Below are positions 28,686 to 36,790 of a stretch of 64,000 bases of DNA, piece after piece; the first letter of the stretch is position 1; each line of letters begins with the position of its first letter. The position numbers and the translations under genes were made by a program. The stretch covers positions 20,414 through 84,413 of the forward strand of contig CANRHP010000004.1 in NCBI GenBank assembly GCA_947630455.1, written 5' to 3'. Origin of the DNA: an uncultured Clostridia bacterium. GTDB taxonomy: Bacteria; Bacillota; Clostridia; Christensenellales; CAG-314. Below the pieces are notes generated by a model that had not been told where the DNA came from, did not search any database, and saw only the letters and a list, made by a program, of their open reading frames with translations.

Positions 28686-29853
28686 TAGCGTCAATTTTAC
28701 AGAGGAATGTAATCGTTGCTTGCATTGTGCAAAACCACGCTGCAAGGCGGCATGTCCCGTAGGCAATGATATTCCGCTTTTTTTGCAGCTTGTGGCGCAG
28801 GGGAGAAAACAAGACGCAGTCCACCTTATAGGACACCCGTTCGGAGAGGTGTGCGGTTATGTCTGTCCTCATGAGCAGCAATGTCAAGGCGGATGTGTGC
28901 TTTCGGCGCGTAAGGCTGCAGTTGCCGTGGGAGCGGTGGAACGGGCTGTATTTGCCGACAATCCCTACAAGCTTCAGCGTGTCGGTCAGCTTGCCAAGGG
29001 CCGCAGAATCGCGGTTGTGGGCGGCGGTGTCGCCGGCTTGACATTTGCATCAAAGCTGTACGAGCAAGGCGCTTTTGTTACTATTTTTGAACGCAAAAAG
29101 CTTCTTTCCACACTTTGGCTCATTCCGGATTTTCGCCTTCCGAGACAGGCTCTCAAGCGTATAGAGGAGCAAGCGGCGGGTAAATTTTCCGTTGTGGAGC
29201 AAAACGTAGACGCCGCAAAGCTTGCGGAGCTGACAAAACAATTCGATGTCGTATTTCTTTCGACCGGCGCACAAAAATTGTACACTTTGGGGGTCAAAGG
29301 AGAGGAATTTTCCACTCCATTCAGCGTTTTTCTCGACTCGGAGAGTGAATTTCGGAAGAAGTGCGTCAACTTCAACGGTAAAAAGATCGTAGTCATTGGC
29401 GGCGGAAATACTGCAATGGATTGCGCGCGGCTTGCTGCAAGAAAAGGTTCAATAGTCACTGTGGCATACCGTCGTACGCGTTCGGATATGCCGGCTTTCG
29501 ACAAGGAAGCGGCTGCCGCCCAAGAAGAAGGGGTGCAATTTATCTATAACGTTGCGCCTATTGCAATAGAAAAGCAAAATAGTCTTGTTCTGACGTTGGC
29601 TCAAACGGAAAGCGAGGGAAGGGGTAAGCTTATTGTTACCGACCAAGTGCGTAATATGAGCTGTGACGTGGTTGTGTCCGCTTTGGGCAGTAGCTTTGAC
29701 AATAGTATTGTTGACGGTTGCAACGGCGACATCCGTCATTCGTTTACCAATGTCTACATCGGAGGAGACGCCTCCGGCGGTAAAACGGTGGCGGAGGCAG
29801 TACATGACGCATTGACAGAGGCGCAAAAGGCGATTGAAAGCTTTGGCAGGTAA
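28672..29853 (+). CDS. GltD-like NAD(P)H-dependent FAD/Fe-S oxidoreductase
   Basis: N-terminal Cys clusters (C..C....C...CP; CGYVCPHEQQCQGGC). Two GxGxxG dinucleotide folds (VVGGGVAG, VIGGGNTA). Confidence 0.75.
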   Translation: MPNIDSVNFTEECNRCLHCAKPRCKAACPVGNDIPLFLQLVAQGRKQDAVHLIGHPFGEVCGYVCPHEQQCQGGCVLSARKAAVAVGAVERAVFADNPYKLQRVGQLAKGRRIAVVGGGVAGLTFASKLYEQGAFVTIFERKKLLSTLWLIPDFRLPRQALKRIEEQAAGKFSVVEQNVDAAKLAELTKQFDVVFLSTGAQKLYTLGVKGEEFSTPFSVFLDSESEFRKKCVNFNGKKIVVIGGGNTAMDCARLAARKGSIVTVAYRRTRSDMPAFDKEAAAAQEEGVQFIYNVAPIAIEKQNSLVLTLAQTESEGRGKLIVTDQVRNMSCDVVVSALGSSFDNSIVDGCNGDIRHSFTNVYIGGDASGGKTVAEAVHDALTEAQKAIESFGR

Positions 29854-29856
29854 AAT

Positions 29857-31119
29857 ATGTTTATAGATAAGGTAAAAATTTACATCAAGGCAGGCAACGG
29901 CGGCAATGGTTCAGCCAGCTTGCATACAGAAAAATATATCAACAACGGCGGTCCCGACGGCGGTGATGGCGGAAAAGGCGGTGACGTCATATTTGTTGCA
30001 ACATCCTCCGAAAACACGCTTAACGCTTTTCATTATCAAAAGCATTTTCGTGCGGGCGACGGCGAAAACGGGGGCAGACAGCGATCCTTTGGCAAACAGG
30101 GCGCCGATATTGTAGTAAAAGTGCCCGTTGGCACCGTGATCAAAAATAATGACGGAGAAATTGTGGCGGATATGTTTGCGGACGGCCAACGCGAGGTAAT
30201 CCTTCAAGGGGGCAAGGGCGGCAGAGGTAACTGGCATTTCAAAACCTCTCGTAGACAATCTCCGTCGTTTGCCGAACACGGTGTAAAAACACAGGAATAT
30301 GAAGTGACCTTGGAGCTTAAGACCATTGCCGACGTAGGTTTGGTTGGCTTTCCCAATGTGGGTAAAAGCACGCTGCTCTCCGTTGTGTCCGACGCGAAGC
30401 CCAAGATTGCAAACTACCATTTTACAACGCTCAGTCCAAATCTCGGAGTGGTAGGCTATTACGACACAAGCTTTGTTATGGCGGACATTCCCGGACTGAT
30501 CGAGGGCGCAAGTGAGGGCGCCGGACTCGGACTCGGCTTTTTGCGTCATATAGAAAGGACGCGCTTGCTTGTGCATGTGTTGGATATTTCCGGCAGTGAA
30601 GATCGCGACCCACTGTCTGACTTCGAGCTGATAAATACCGAGATTTACAGCTACGACGCCAAATTGAAGGATTTACCTATGATTGTGGCTGCCAACAAAA
30701 TGGACATGCCCGGCGCAGAAGAAAATTTGGCACGGTTTCGGGCGAAGTACGGCAATAAGTACGAGATCATTCCAATGACGACCATTATCCATGAGGGCGC
30801 AGAAGAGCTCATTACCTGTATTGTAAAACAATTGGCGCTTTTGCCTCCTCCGGAGCCAATGAGCTTTACGCCGGTAAAACTACAAAAGGAACAATCCGAC
30901 GATTTCGAGATAGATATGCTGGAGGAAGGAGTTTTCGAAGTTACCGGAGGATTGGTAGAAGAGTTGAACCGAAAGGTGAATTTGGACGACTATGACAGCT
31001 TTCGCTATTTTCAACGGGTGATCAGAGATCGCGGCGTAGTTGCGGAATTGCGTAAGCGCGGCGCCACAGATGGCAGTACCGTTATTATCGGTGATATAGA
31101 ATTTGAGTTTGTCGATTAG
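29857..31119 (+). CDS. obg: GTPase Obg/CgtA
   Basis: Glycine-rich Obg fold (GGNGGNGS...GGDGGKGG), G1 GFPNVGKST, G3 DIPG, G4 NKMD, and a C-terminal OCT-like domain. Confidence 0.95.
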   Translation: MFIDKVKIYIKAGNGGNGSASLHTEKYINNGGPDGGDGGKGGDVIFVATSSENTLNAFHYQKHFRAGDGENGGRQRSFGKQGADIVVKVPVGTVIKNNDGEIVADMFADGQREVILQGGKGGRGNWHFKTSRRQSPSFAEHGVKTQEYEVTLELKTIADVGLVGFPNVGKSTLLSVVSDAKPKIANYHFTTLSPNLGVVGYYDTSFVMADIPGLIEGASEGAGLGLGFLRHIERTRLLVHVLDISGSEDRDPLSDFELINTEIYSYDAKLKDLPMIVAANKMDMPGAEENLARFRAKYGNKYEIIPMTTIIHEGAEELITCIVKQLALLPPPEPMSFTPVKLQKEQSDDFEIDMLEEGVFEVTGGLVEELNRKVNLDDYDSFRYFQRVIRDRGVVAELRKRGATDGSTVIIGDIEFEFVD

Positions 31120-31126
31120 AGGAAAT

Positions 31127-31420
31127 ATGATTACAACAAAACAAAGAAGCAGATTAAAATCATTAGCCAACACGCTTAAACCGCTTGTTACCGTTGGCAA
31201 AGAAGGACTGACGGAAAATATTGTAAAAGAAATAGCGGTGGCGCTTTACCACCGCGAATTAGTAAAAGTAGCGGCGCTCAAAAGCTGTGAGCTTTCCGCA
31301 AGAGAAATGTGTCGTGAAGTATGCGAATGCCTTGGCTGCGAACCTGTACTTTGTATAGGTAATCGTTTTGTTGTATACAAACGTAGTGACAAGGACGGCA
31401 TAGAGCACATTGAGATATGA
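31127..31420 (+). CDS. yhbY: YhbY-family (CRM domain) RNA-binding ribosome assembly protein
   Basis: LT.KQR..LKSLAN.LKP.V.VGK.GLT motif. Start at ATG 31127 behind GAGGAA. Confidence 0.85.
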   Translation: MITTKQRSRLKSLANTLKPLVTVGKEGLTENIVKEIAVALYHRELVKVAALKSCELSAREMCREVCECLGCEPVLCIGNRFVVYKRSDKDGIEHIEI

Positions 31421-31932
31421 AAATTTTGGTTTTTGCGGATTTTCACGGCAGCGTCGATGCAATACGACGCGCAGCGGAAATCAGCCGCAGTGTAAAACCG
31501 GATAAGACCGTGATATGCGGCGATCTGTTCGGTTGGAGCAGTCCATCGGAAATGGCAGAGCCACTGAACAGTATGGAGGGAGTGTTGTATCTCGTTAGAG
31601 GCAACAACGATTACCGTACAGCCGAAATTTTGTTGCCCTGCGAAATGGAGGACAACGCTTTGATGTATCATTTTCGGCGAACGCTGTTTTTTACTCACGG
31701 TGATCGCTACAATGCTATGCGCATACCGCCGCTGCTCAAAAATGGAGATGTTCTCGTTTACGGTCATACGCACATGGGAATGCTCGGCACAAACAACGGA
31801 GTTTATTTATGCAATGTGGGTTCGCTTGCTCGTCCGCGAGACGGTCAGCCGTGTTATTTGATATTGGATGAAGGAGGCGCAATCTTGTTCTCTCCGGACG
31901 GTTTAGAGTTATCCCGAATGAGTTGGAACTGA
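31417..31932 (+). CDS. YfcE/MJ0936-type metallophosphoesterase
   Basis: MKILVFADFHG, GDL, RGNND and GHTH motifs. Confidence 0.8.
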   Translation: MKILVFADFHGSVDAIRRAAEISRSVKPDKTVICGDLFGWSSPSEMAEPLNSMEGVLYLVRGNNDYRTAEILLPCEMEDNALMYHFRRTLFFTHGDRYNAMRIPPLLKNGDVLVYGHTHMGMLGTNNGVYLCNVGSLARPRDGQPCYLILDEGGAILFSPDGLELSRMSWN

Positions 31933-32007
31933 TCAATTTATTGCGGCAGACATTGTCTGCCTATATTTTTGAATATTTTCACACGTAACGAAAGGTAAAA
32001 TATTGTT

Positions 32008-33135
32008 ATGTCAAACGTAAATAGATTGTTTTCTGTTCGCAAAATCTACGATCCCGACAAATCTGACGCATTGTTTGTAAAAGCAATGCGTGACAACTGT
32101 CGATATCAGTATAAACACTGTCGCGAATATTGCGAAATACTGGATAGAGAAGGCTTTTCACCCGACGACATCAAAACGTCGATTGACCTTGCACGATTAC
32201 CCTTTTTGCCAACGCTCTATCTCAAACGTCACCGATTGACGTCAATGTCTGCACGGCGCTTGATATTGAAGGTGACGAGCAGTGGCACAAGCGGGGCAAA
32301 GTCCTTTGTGGGCTTCAATATGCGCAGTATGCGAAACGCCTTCAAAATGGTGTGCCGCGTCGCGCGCTATCACAAGCTTTGGTCGGCGAGGCTGACTCGC
32401 TACGTGATCTTCGGTTACCGTCCATGTCGTGACAACAGTCTCGGCGCGTCCAAATCTGCCTGGGGCTTTACTTTTTTTGCGCCTGCCGCTTCCCGTGTGT
32501 ATGCTTTGGAGCGCAAACAAGGAGGATACAAGCTTGATCTTGCTAATATCAAATCAAAGCTCGTAAAATATTCCAAAGGACATCTTCCCGTGCGCACGAT
32601 GGGGTTTCCCGCCTATACCTTCTTTTTGCTGCGGCAGATGAAGGAAGAGGGTATATCTGTAAGATTACCTAAAGGCTCTTTGGTGTGTCTCGGCGGCGGA
32701 TGGAAACAATTTTATGCGGAAAAAGTCAGTAAGGAGGAGTTCTACAAGCTCTGTTACGAGGTTTTAGGTGTGGATGATAAACATGTCGTGGAGTTTTTCG
32801 GTGCAGTGGAACATCCGATTCTTTATACCGATTGCCGCTTTCACCATTTTCACGTACCGGCTTACAGTCGGGTCATAATACGCGATGTAGACACACTTAA
32901 GCCGCTTCCCTACGGTGAGGCGGGCTTGGTCAATTTACTCACTCCTGTCTTTGACAGCGGACCAATGCTTAGCATCCTGACGGATGATATCGGCGTGCTG
33001 CACAATGAGGGCTGTCCTTGCGGAGCATCCGCGCCCCACTTGGAAATATTGGGCAGAACGGGCGTCAAGGATATAGTTACATGTGCACAGGGTGCCGAAA
33101 GCCTGCTTAAAGACATGTTAAAGGAGGATTTATGA
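32008..33135 (+). CDS. LuxE-family acyl-protein synthetase / acyl-adenylating enzyme
   Basis: 375 aa. TSSGTSG AMP-binding-type loop. The overall pattern fits the LuxE family, and the adjacent gene is LuxC-like. Confidence 0.65.
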   Translation: MSNVNRLFSVRKIYDPDKSDALFVKAMRDNCRYQYKHCREYCEILDREGFSPDDIKTSIDLARLPFLPTLYLKRHRLTSMSARRLILKVTSSGTSGAKSFVGFNMRSMRNAFKMVCRVARYHKLWSARLTRYVIFGYRPCRDNSLGASKSAWGFTFFAPAASRVYALERKQGGYKLDLANIKSKLVKYSKGHLPVRTMGFPAYTFFLLRQMKEEGISVRLPKGSLVCLGGGWKQFYAEKVSKEEFYKLCYEVLGVDDKHVVEFFGAVEHPILYTDCRFHHFHVPAYSRVIIRDVDTLKPLPYGEAGLVNLLTPVFDSGPMLSILTDDIGVLHNEGCPCGASAPHLEILGRTGVKDIVTCAQGAESLLKDMLKEDL

Positions 33136-34391
33136 TACTATATAAAGGCAAAATTTATCCCGACAGCATGCAAAATGAACTTATCGACCGATTGGAAGGA
33201 GATATTGCCGCAACATTGTCCAATCAGTCCCCTATCACAGCGGAAACGGTTATTGCTGCGGGTGATAAGCTGTACCGCAAAGCGGCAGAAGGTCGCTATG
33301 ATAACATCGCATTGCCGTTGTTAAAGGATTTCGGCATAGAGTATGATCGTTATCAGACAATGGCGAAGGCTTTTTCTGCGGAGATGCTGCGTTACAAGTG
33401 TGAGATAGAGTTGGGCAAGGATTGGCGTGAGTTGCCTCCGCTGTATTGCGGTACAACGCGCAGAATTGTCCCGCTTGGCGTGCTTTTTCATATTGCGGCA
33501 GGCAACGTGGACGGTTTGCCCGCTTTCAGCGTCGCCGAAGGTTTGCTTGCGGGCAATATCAATGTGCTCAAATTGCCGTCGGGTGATAGCGGTATGTCCG
33601 TTAAATTACTTTCCGATCTCATCGCGGAAGAACCCTCGCTTGCCGACTACATCTATGTGTTCGATGTACCATCTACCGAGCTTGCAACGCTCAAACGTCT
33701 TGCGCACTTGGCGGACGGAGTTGTGGTGTGGGGAGGAGACATAGCCCAACGTGCTGCACGTGATATGTGCGATATCAACACCAAAATAATTCCTTGGGGT
33801 CACAAGCTGTCCTTTGCTTATGCGACAATAAGCGCATCGGATGAGCAGCTTCGCGCCCTCGCCTGCCATATTTGCTCAACGGAACAATTGCTGTGCTCTT
33901 CATGTCAGGGCATTTATCTTGATACCGACAGCTCGGAAGAGCTAAAAAAATTTGCTCGCCGCTTTTTCGACATTTTTCGCGAGGAAAACAACCGTCTCGG
34001 CAAAGCGAATATCGCTATGCGCGGACGCAACGCGGTAGAGCTGTACACAAAAATACTGGAAGGAGCAGGCGATGATGTGTTGACGGCAGACGGAGTTTCT
34101 GTGGAAGTGTGCAAGGGTACAGAGCTTCAGCTATCCAAAACACACAGAAATGTTTGGATAAAGGCATTGCCACGTGACTGCGTAGTTAAGACGCTCAAGC
34201 CCAACAAAGGATATCTGCAAACGTGCGGTTTACTTTGCCTTGCCGAGGATAAGCAAACGCTTGCGGATATGCTCATACGTGCAGGCGTAGTGCGCATAAC
34301 GGGCGGTGATATGAGTCGAACGGCGTTTGGAGAAGCGCATGACGGCGTCTATCCTTTGCGCGAATATACGCGTATAGCTGAGATAGATTAG
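33132..34391 (+). CDS. LuxC-family acyl-CoA (acyl-protein) reductase
   Basis: 419 aa. ALDH-superfamily-like segments (HIAAGNVDGLP..S...GLLAGNINVLKLPS). Translationally coupled to the LuxE-like gene (ATGA overlap). Confidence 0.65.
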   Translation: MILYKGKIYPDSMQNELIDRLEGDIAATLSNQSPITAETVIAAGDKLYRKAAEGRYDNIALPLLKDFGIEYDRYQTMAKAFSAEMLRYKCEIELGKDWRELPPLYCGTTRRIVPLGVLFHIAAGNVDGLPAFSVAEGLLAGNINVLKLPSGDSGMSVKLLSDLIAEEPSLADYIYVFDVPSTELATLKRLAHLADGVVVWGGDIAQRAARDMCDINTKIIPWGHKLSFAYATISASDEQLRALACHICSTEQLLCSSCQGIYLDTDSSEELKKFARRFFDIFREENNRLGKANIAMRGRNAVELYTKILEGAGDDVLTADGVSVEVCKGTELQLSKTHRNVWIKALPRDCVVKTLKPNKGYLQTCGLLCLAEDKQTLADMLIRAGVVRITGGDMSRTAFGEAHDGVYPLREYTRIAEID

Positions 34392-34447
34392 TAAAATTTT
34401 AGGATGTCATAAATCAATCCTATATTGTCAAATTTTTTTGCAAAATA

Positions 34448-34476
34448 TTGCGTAAACAAACTTATTGTGATATACT
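34448..34476 (+). promoter_or_regulatory. Sigma-A type promoter (TTGCGT-17 bp-TATACT, TG-extended)
   Basis: TTGCGT 34448-34453, TATACT 34471-34476. Confidence 0.5.
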
Positions 34477-34515
34477 TATTTCATTGTAATTTATTTTTGG
34501 GAGGACAATCAATCT

Positions 34516-35208
34516 ATGCAATATTCACACGAAGTAGAATTGATGCAATGCGTTGCAAAGGGTTGCAATCACGGTCCCGCACCCATTCCCGAAGAAGGAA
34601 AATGGGTCGCTGCTACGCAAATCAAGGATATCAACGGCTTGACGCACGGCTGCGGCTGCTGTGCACCTCAACAGGGAACATGCAAGCTTACGCTAAATGT
34701 TAAAGACGGAGTCATTCAGGAAGCGCTCGTTGAAACTATCGGCTGCTCCGGTATGACTCACTCGGCGGCTATGGCGGCGGAAATTTTGCCCGGCAAGACC
34801 ATACTCGAAGCTTTGAACACCGACCTAGTGTGCGATGCAATCAACGTTGCTATGCGCGAACTGTTTTTGCAAATCGTTTACGGACGCACTCAATCGGCAT
34901 TTTCCGATGACGGTTTGCCTATCGGTGCAGGACTTGAGGACCTCGGTAAAGGTTTGAGAAGTCAGGTGGGTACGATGTATTCCACTGCCAAGAAGGGTCC
35001 TCGCTATCTGGAAATGGCAGAGGGTTATGTTACACATCTCGCACTGGATGAGGGCAATGAAATTATCGGTTACGAATACGTCAATCTCGGCGTATTGATG
35101 AAAAACATATCCGAAGGTATGGACGCCAATGAGGCGCTCAACAAGGCAAAGAAACACTACGGACGTTACGAAAACGCCGCTAAATACATAGTACCGCGCA
35201 ATGAGTAA
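34516..35208 (+). CDS. NifU/IscU-like Cys-rich protein (partner of the GGGtGRT protein)
   Basis: 230 aa. Cys motifs CVAKGC, HGCGCCAPQQGTC and ETIGCSG, and the IscU-like LPGKTILEAL segment. Confidence 0.65.
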   Translation: MQYSHEVELMQCVAKGCNHGPAPIPEEGKWVAATQIKDINGLTHGCGCCAPQQGTCKLTLNVKDGVIQEALVETIGCSGMTHSAAMAAEILPGKTILEALNTDLVCDAINVAMRELFLQIVYGRTQSAFSDDGLPIGAGLEDLGKGLRSQVGTMYSTAKKGPRYLEMAEGYVTHLALDEGNEIIGYEYVNLGVLMKNISEGMDANEALNKAKKHYGRYENAAKYIVPRNE

Positions 35209-35221
35209 GGAGGAGCAAACA

Positions 35222-36220
35222 ATGGCTGTCACATTTGAAGGTTATGAAAGAAGAATAGACAAAATCAACTCCGAACTCAAAAAGTACGGACTCGAAAACC
35301 TCGAAGAAGCGCGTGAGCTGTGTCTCAGCCACGGCGTAAACGTAGAAGAAATAGTCAAGGGCGTGCAGCCGATTGCATTCGAAAATGCAGTTTGGGCGTA
35401 CACTCTCGGTTGTGCAATCGCTTTCAAAAAGGGCGTAAAGAACGCCGCTGAGGTAAGCGAGTGCATCGGCTTGGGACTTCAGGCATTCTGTATTCCGGGC
35501 AGCGTGGCAGATCAACGCCAAGTCGGTTTGGGACACGGCAATTTGGGTGCAATGCTGTTGAGAGAAGAAACGGACTGCTTTGCATTTCTTGCTGGGCACG
35601 AATCCTTTGCGGCCGCCGAGGGCGCGATCGGTATTGCCCGCAATGCCAACAAGGCACGCAAAAAACCTCTGCGCGTTATACTTAACGGTCTCGGCAAGGA
35701 CGCCGCATACATCATTTCACGTATAAACGGCTTTACCTATGTTCAAACAAAGTATGACTACTACACGGGCGAGCTCAACATCGTACGTGAGGTGGCATTT
35801 TCCGACGGCGAGCGCGCGAAGGTGCGTTGCTACGGCGCAGATGATGTCAATGAGGGCGTTGCCATAATGCGTTTCGAAAAGGTTGATGTGTCCATTACGG
35901 GCAACTCCACAAATCCCACGCGTTTCCAACATCCCGTTGCGGGAACCTACAAAAAGTGGTGTCAGGAAAACGGCAAAAAATATTTCTCTGTTGCAAGCGG
36001 CGGCGGCACAGGGCGTACGCTTCACCCGGACAATGTAGCGGCAGGTCCGGCGTCCTACGGTATGACGGACACACTGGGACGTATGCATAGTGACGCTCAA
36101 TTTGCGGGCAGCAGCTCTGTTCCGGCGCACGTTGAGATGATGGGACTTATAGGCATGGGCAACAACCCGATGGTTGGTGCGACCGTGGCTTGTTCCGTTG
36201 CCGTTGCCTTGGCTTTGTAG
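35222..36220 (+). CDS. GGGtGRT-motif protein (conserved, function unknown)
   Basis: Contains the literal SGGGTGRTLHP motif. Start at ATG 35222, 8 nt after AGGAGG; the track start at 35201 overlaps the upstream stop. Confidence 0.8.
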   Translation: MAVTFEGYERRIDKINSELKKYGLENLEEARELCLSHGVNVEEIVKGVQPIAFENAVWAYTLGCAIAFKKGVKNAAEVSECIGLGLQAFCIPGSVADQRQVGLGHGNLGAMLLREETDCFAFLAGHESFAAAEGAIGIARNANKARKKPLRVILNGLGKDAAYIISRINGFTYVQTKYDYYTGELNIVREVAFSDGERAKVRCYGADDVNEGVAIMRFEKVDVSITGNSTNPTRFQHPVAGTYKKWCQENGKKYFSVASGGGTGRTLHPDNVAAGPASYGMTDTLGRMHSDAQFAGSSSVPAHVEMMGLIGMGNNPMVGATVACSVAVALAL

Positions 36221-36282
36221 TATTGCTCAAATCCATCTGGCTGTCGCGCTAAGCGACCCCAAAATTTCATTTTAGGCTAATT

Positions 36283-36316
36283 CAAAACACTCAAGTCGAA
36301 CGACTTGAGTGTTTTG
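36283..36316 (+). terminator. Rho-independent terminator (15-bp perfect stem)
   Basis: AAAACACTCAAGTCG-AA-CGACTTGAGTGTTTT hairpin. Confidence 0.8.
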
Positions 36317-36733
36317 CCGCTTTTGGGCAGGATAATTTTACCGCAAGAAACGAGTCTATTTACACAGTGTTTTGCAAGCTCATACAAACCGGTTTTATCC
36401 ACGAATTTCAATTCTCTTTTATACAAAGCGATCCTGTTGATTTTATCTTTAAAGCTTGCGGTGATTTGTACTTTTTTAAACTTTACCATTTCTATGGGCA
36501 GGGCTTGGAGAGAGTATTATCTCAACCTGAAATCTGATTTTCTATTGCACATAGGAAGTTATAACTTCCTCAGAGAATTAAAAAAGTGAATTTGTTTTGT
36601 GTTGTTGCCAAACGTTTATTTTGTTGCTCATTGGGATATCTTGGAAAGCTTCAAAAACAAAGAGAAATTTATTCTATGGTAAATATATTCTTATTTTTGT
36701 TGTTATTGCAGTCATTAAATTTATTGAGCAATA

Positions 36734-36762
36734 TTGATTTATCTAAATTAAAGTTATATAAT
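36734..36762 (+). promoter_or_regulatory. Sigma-A type promoter (TTGATT-17 bp-TATAAT)
   Basis: TTGATT 36734-36739, TATAAT 36757-36762. Confidence 0.6.
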
Positions 36763-36790
36763 CTAATAAAAGCTTTGTATTTGAGGAAAC

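Noticed and set aside
36277-36489. 70-aa minus-strand ORF as a real small gene
   Set aside because: It has no SD, and its C-terminal codons coincide with a 15-bp terminator stem belonging to the convergent operon. I recognise no family.
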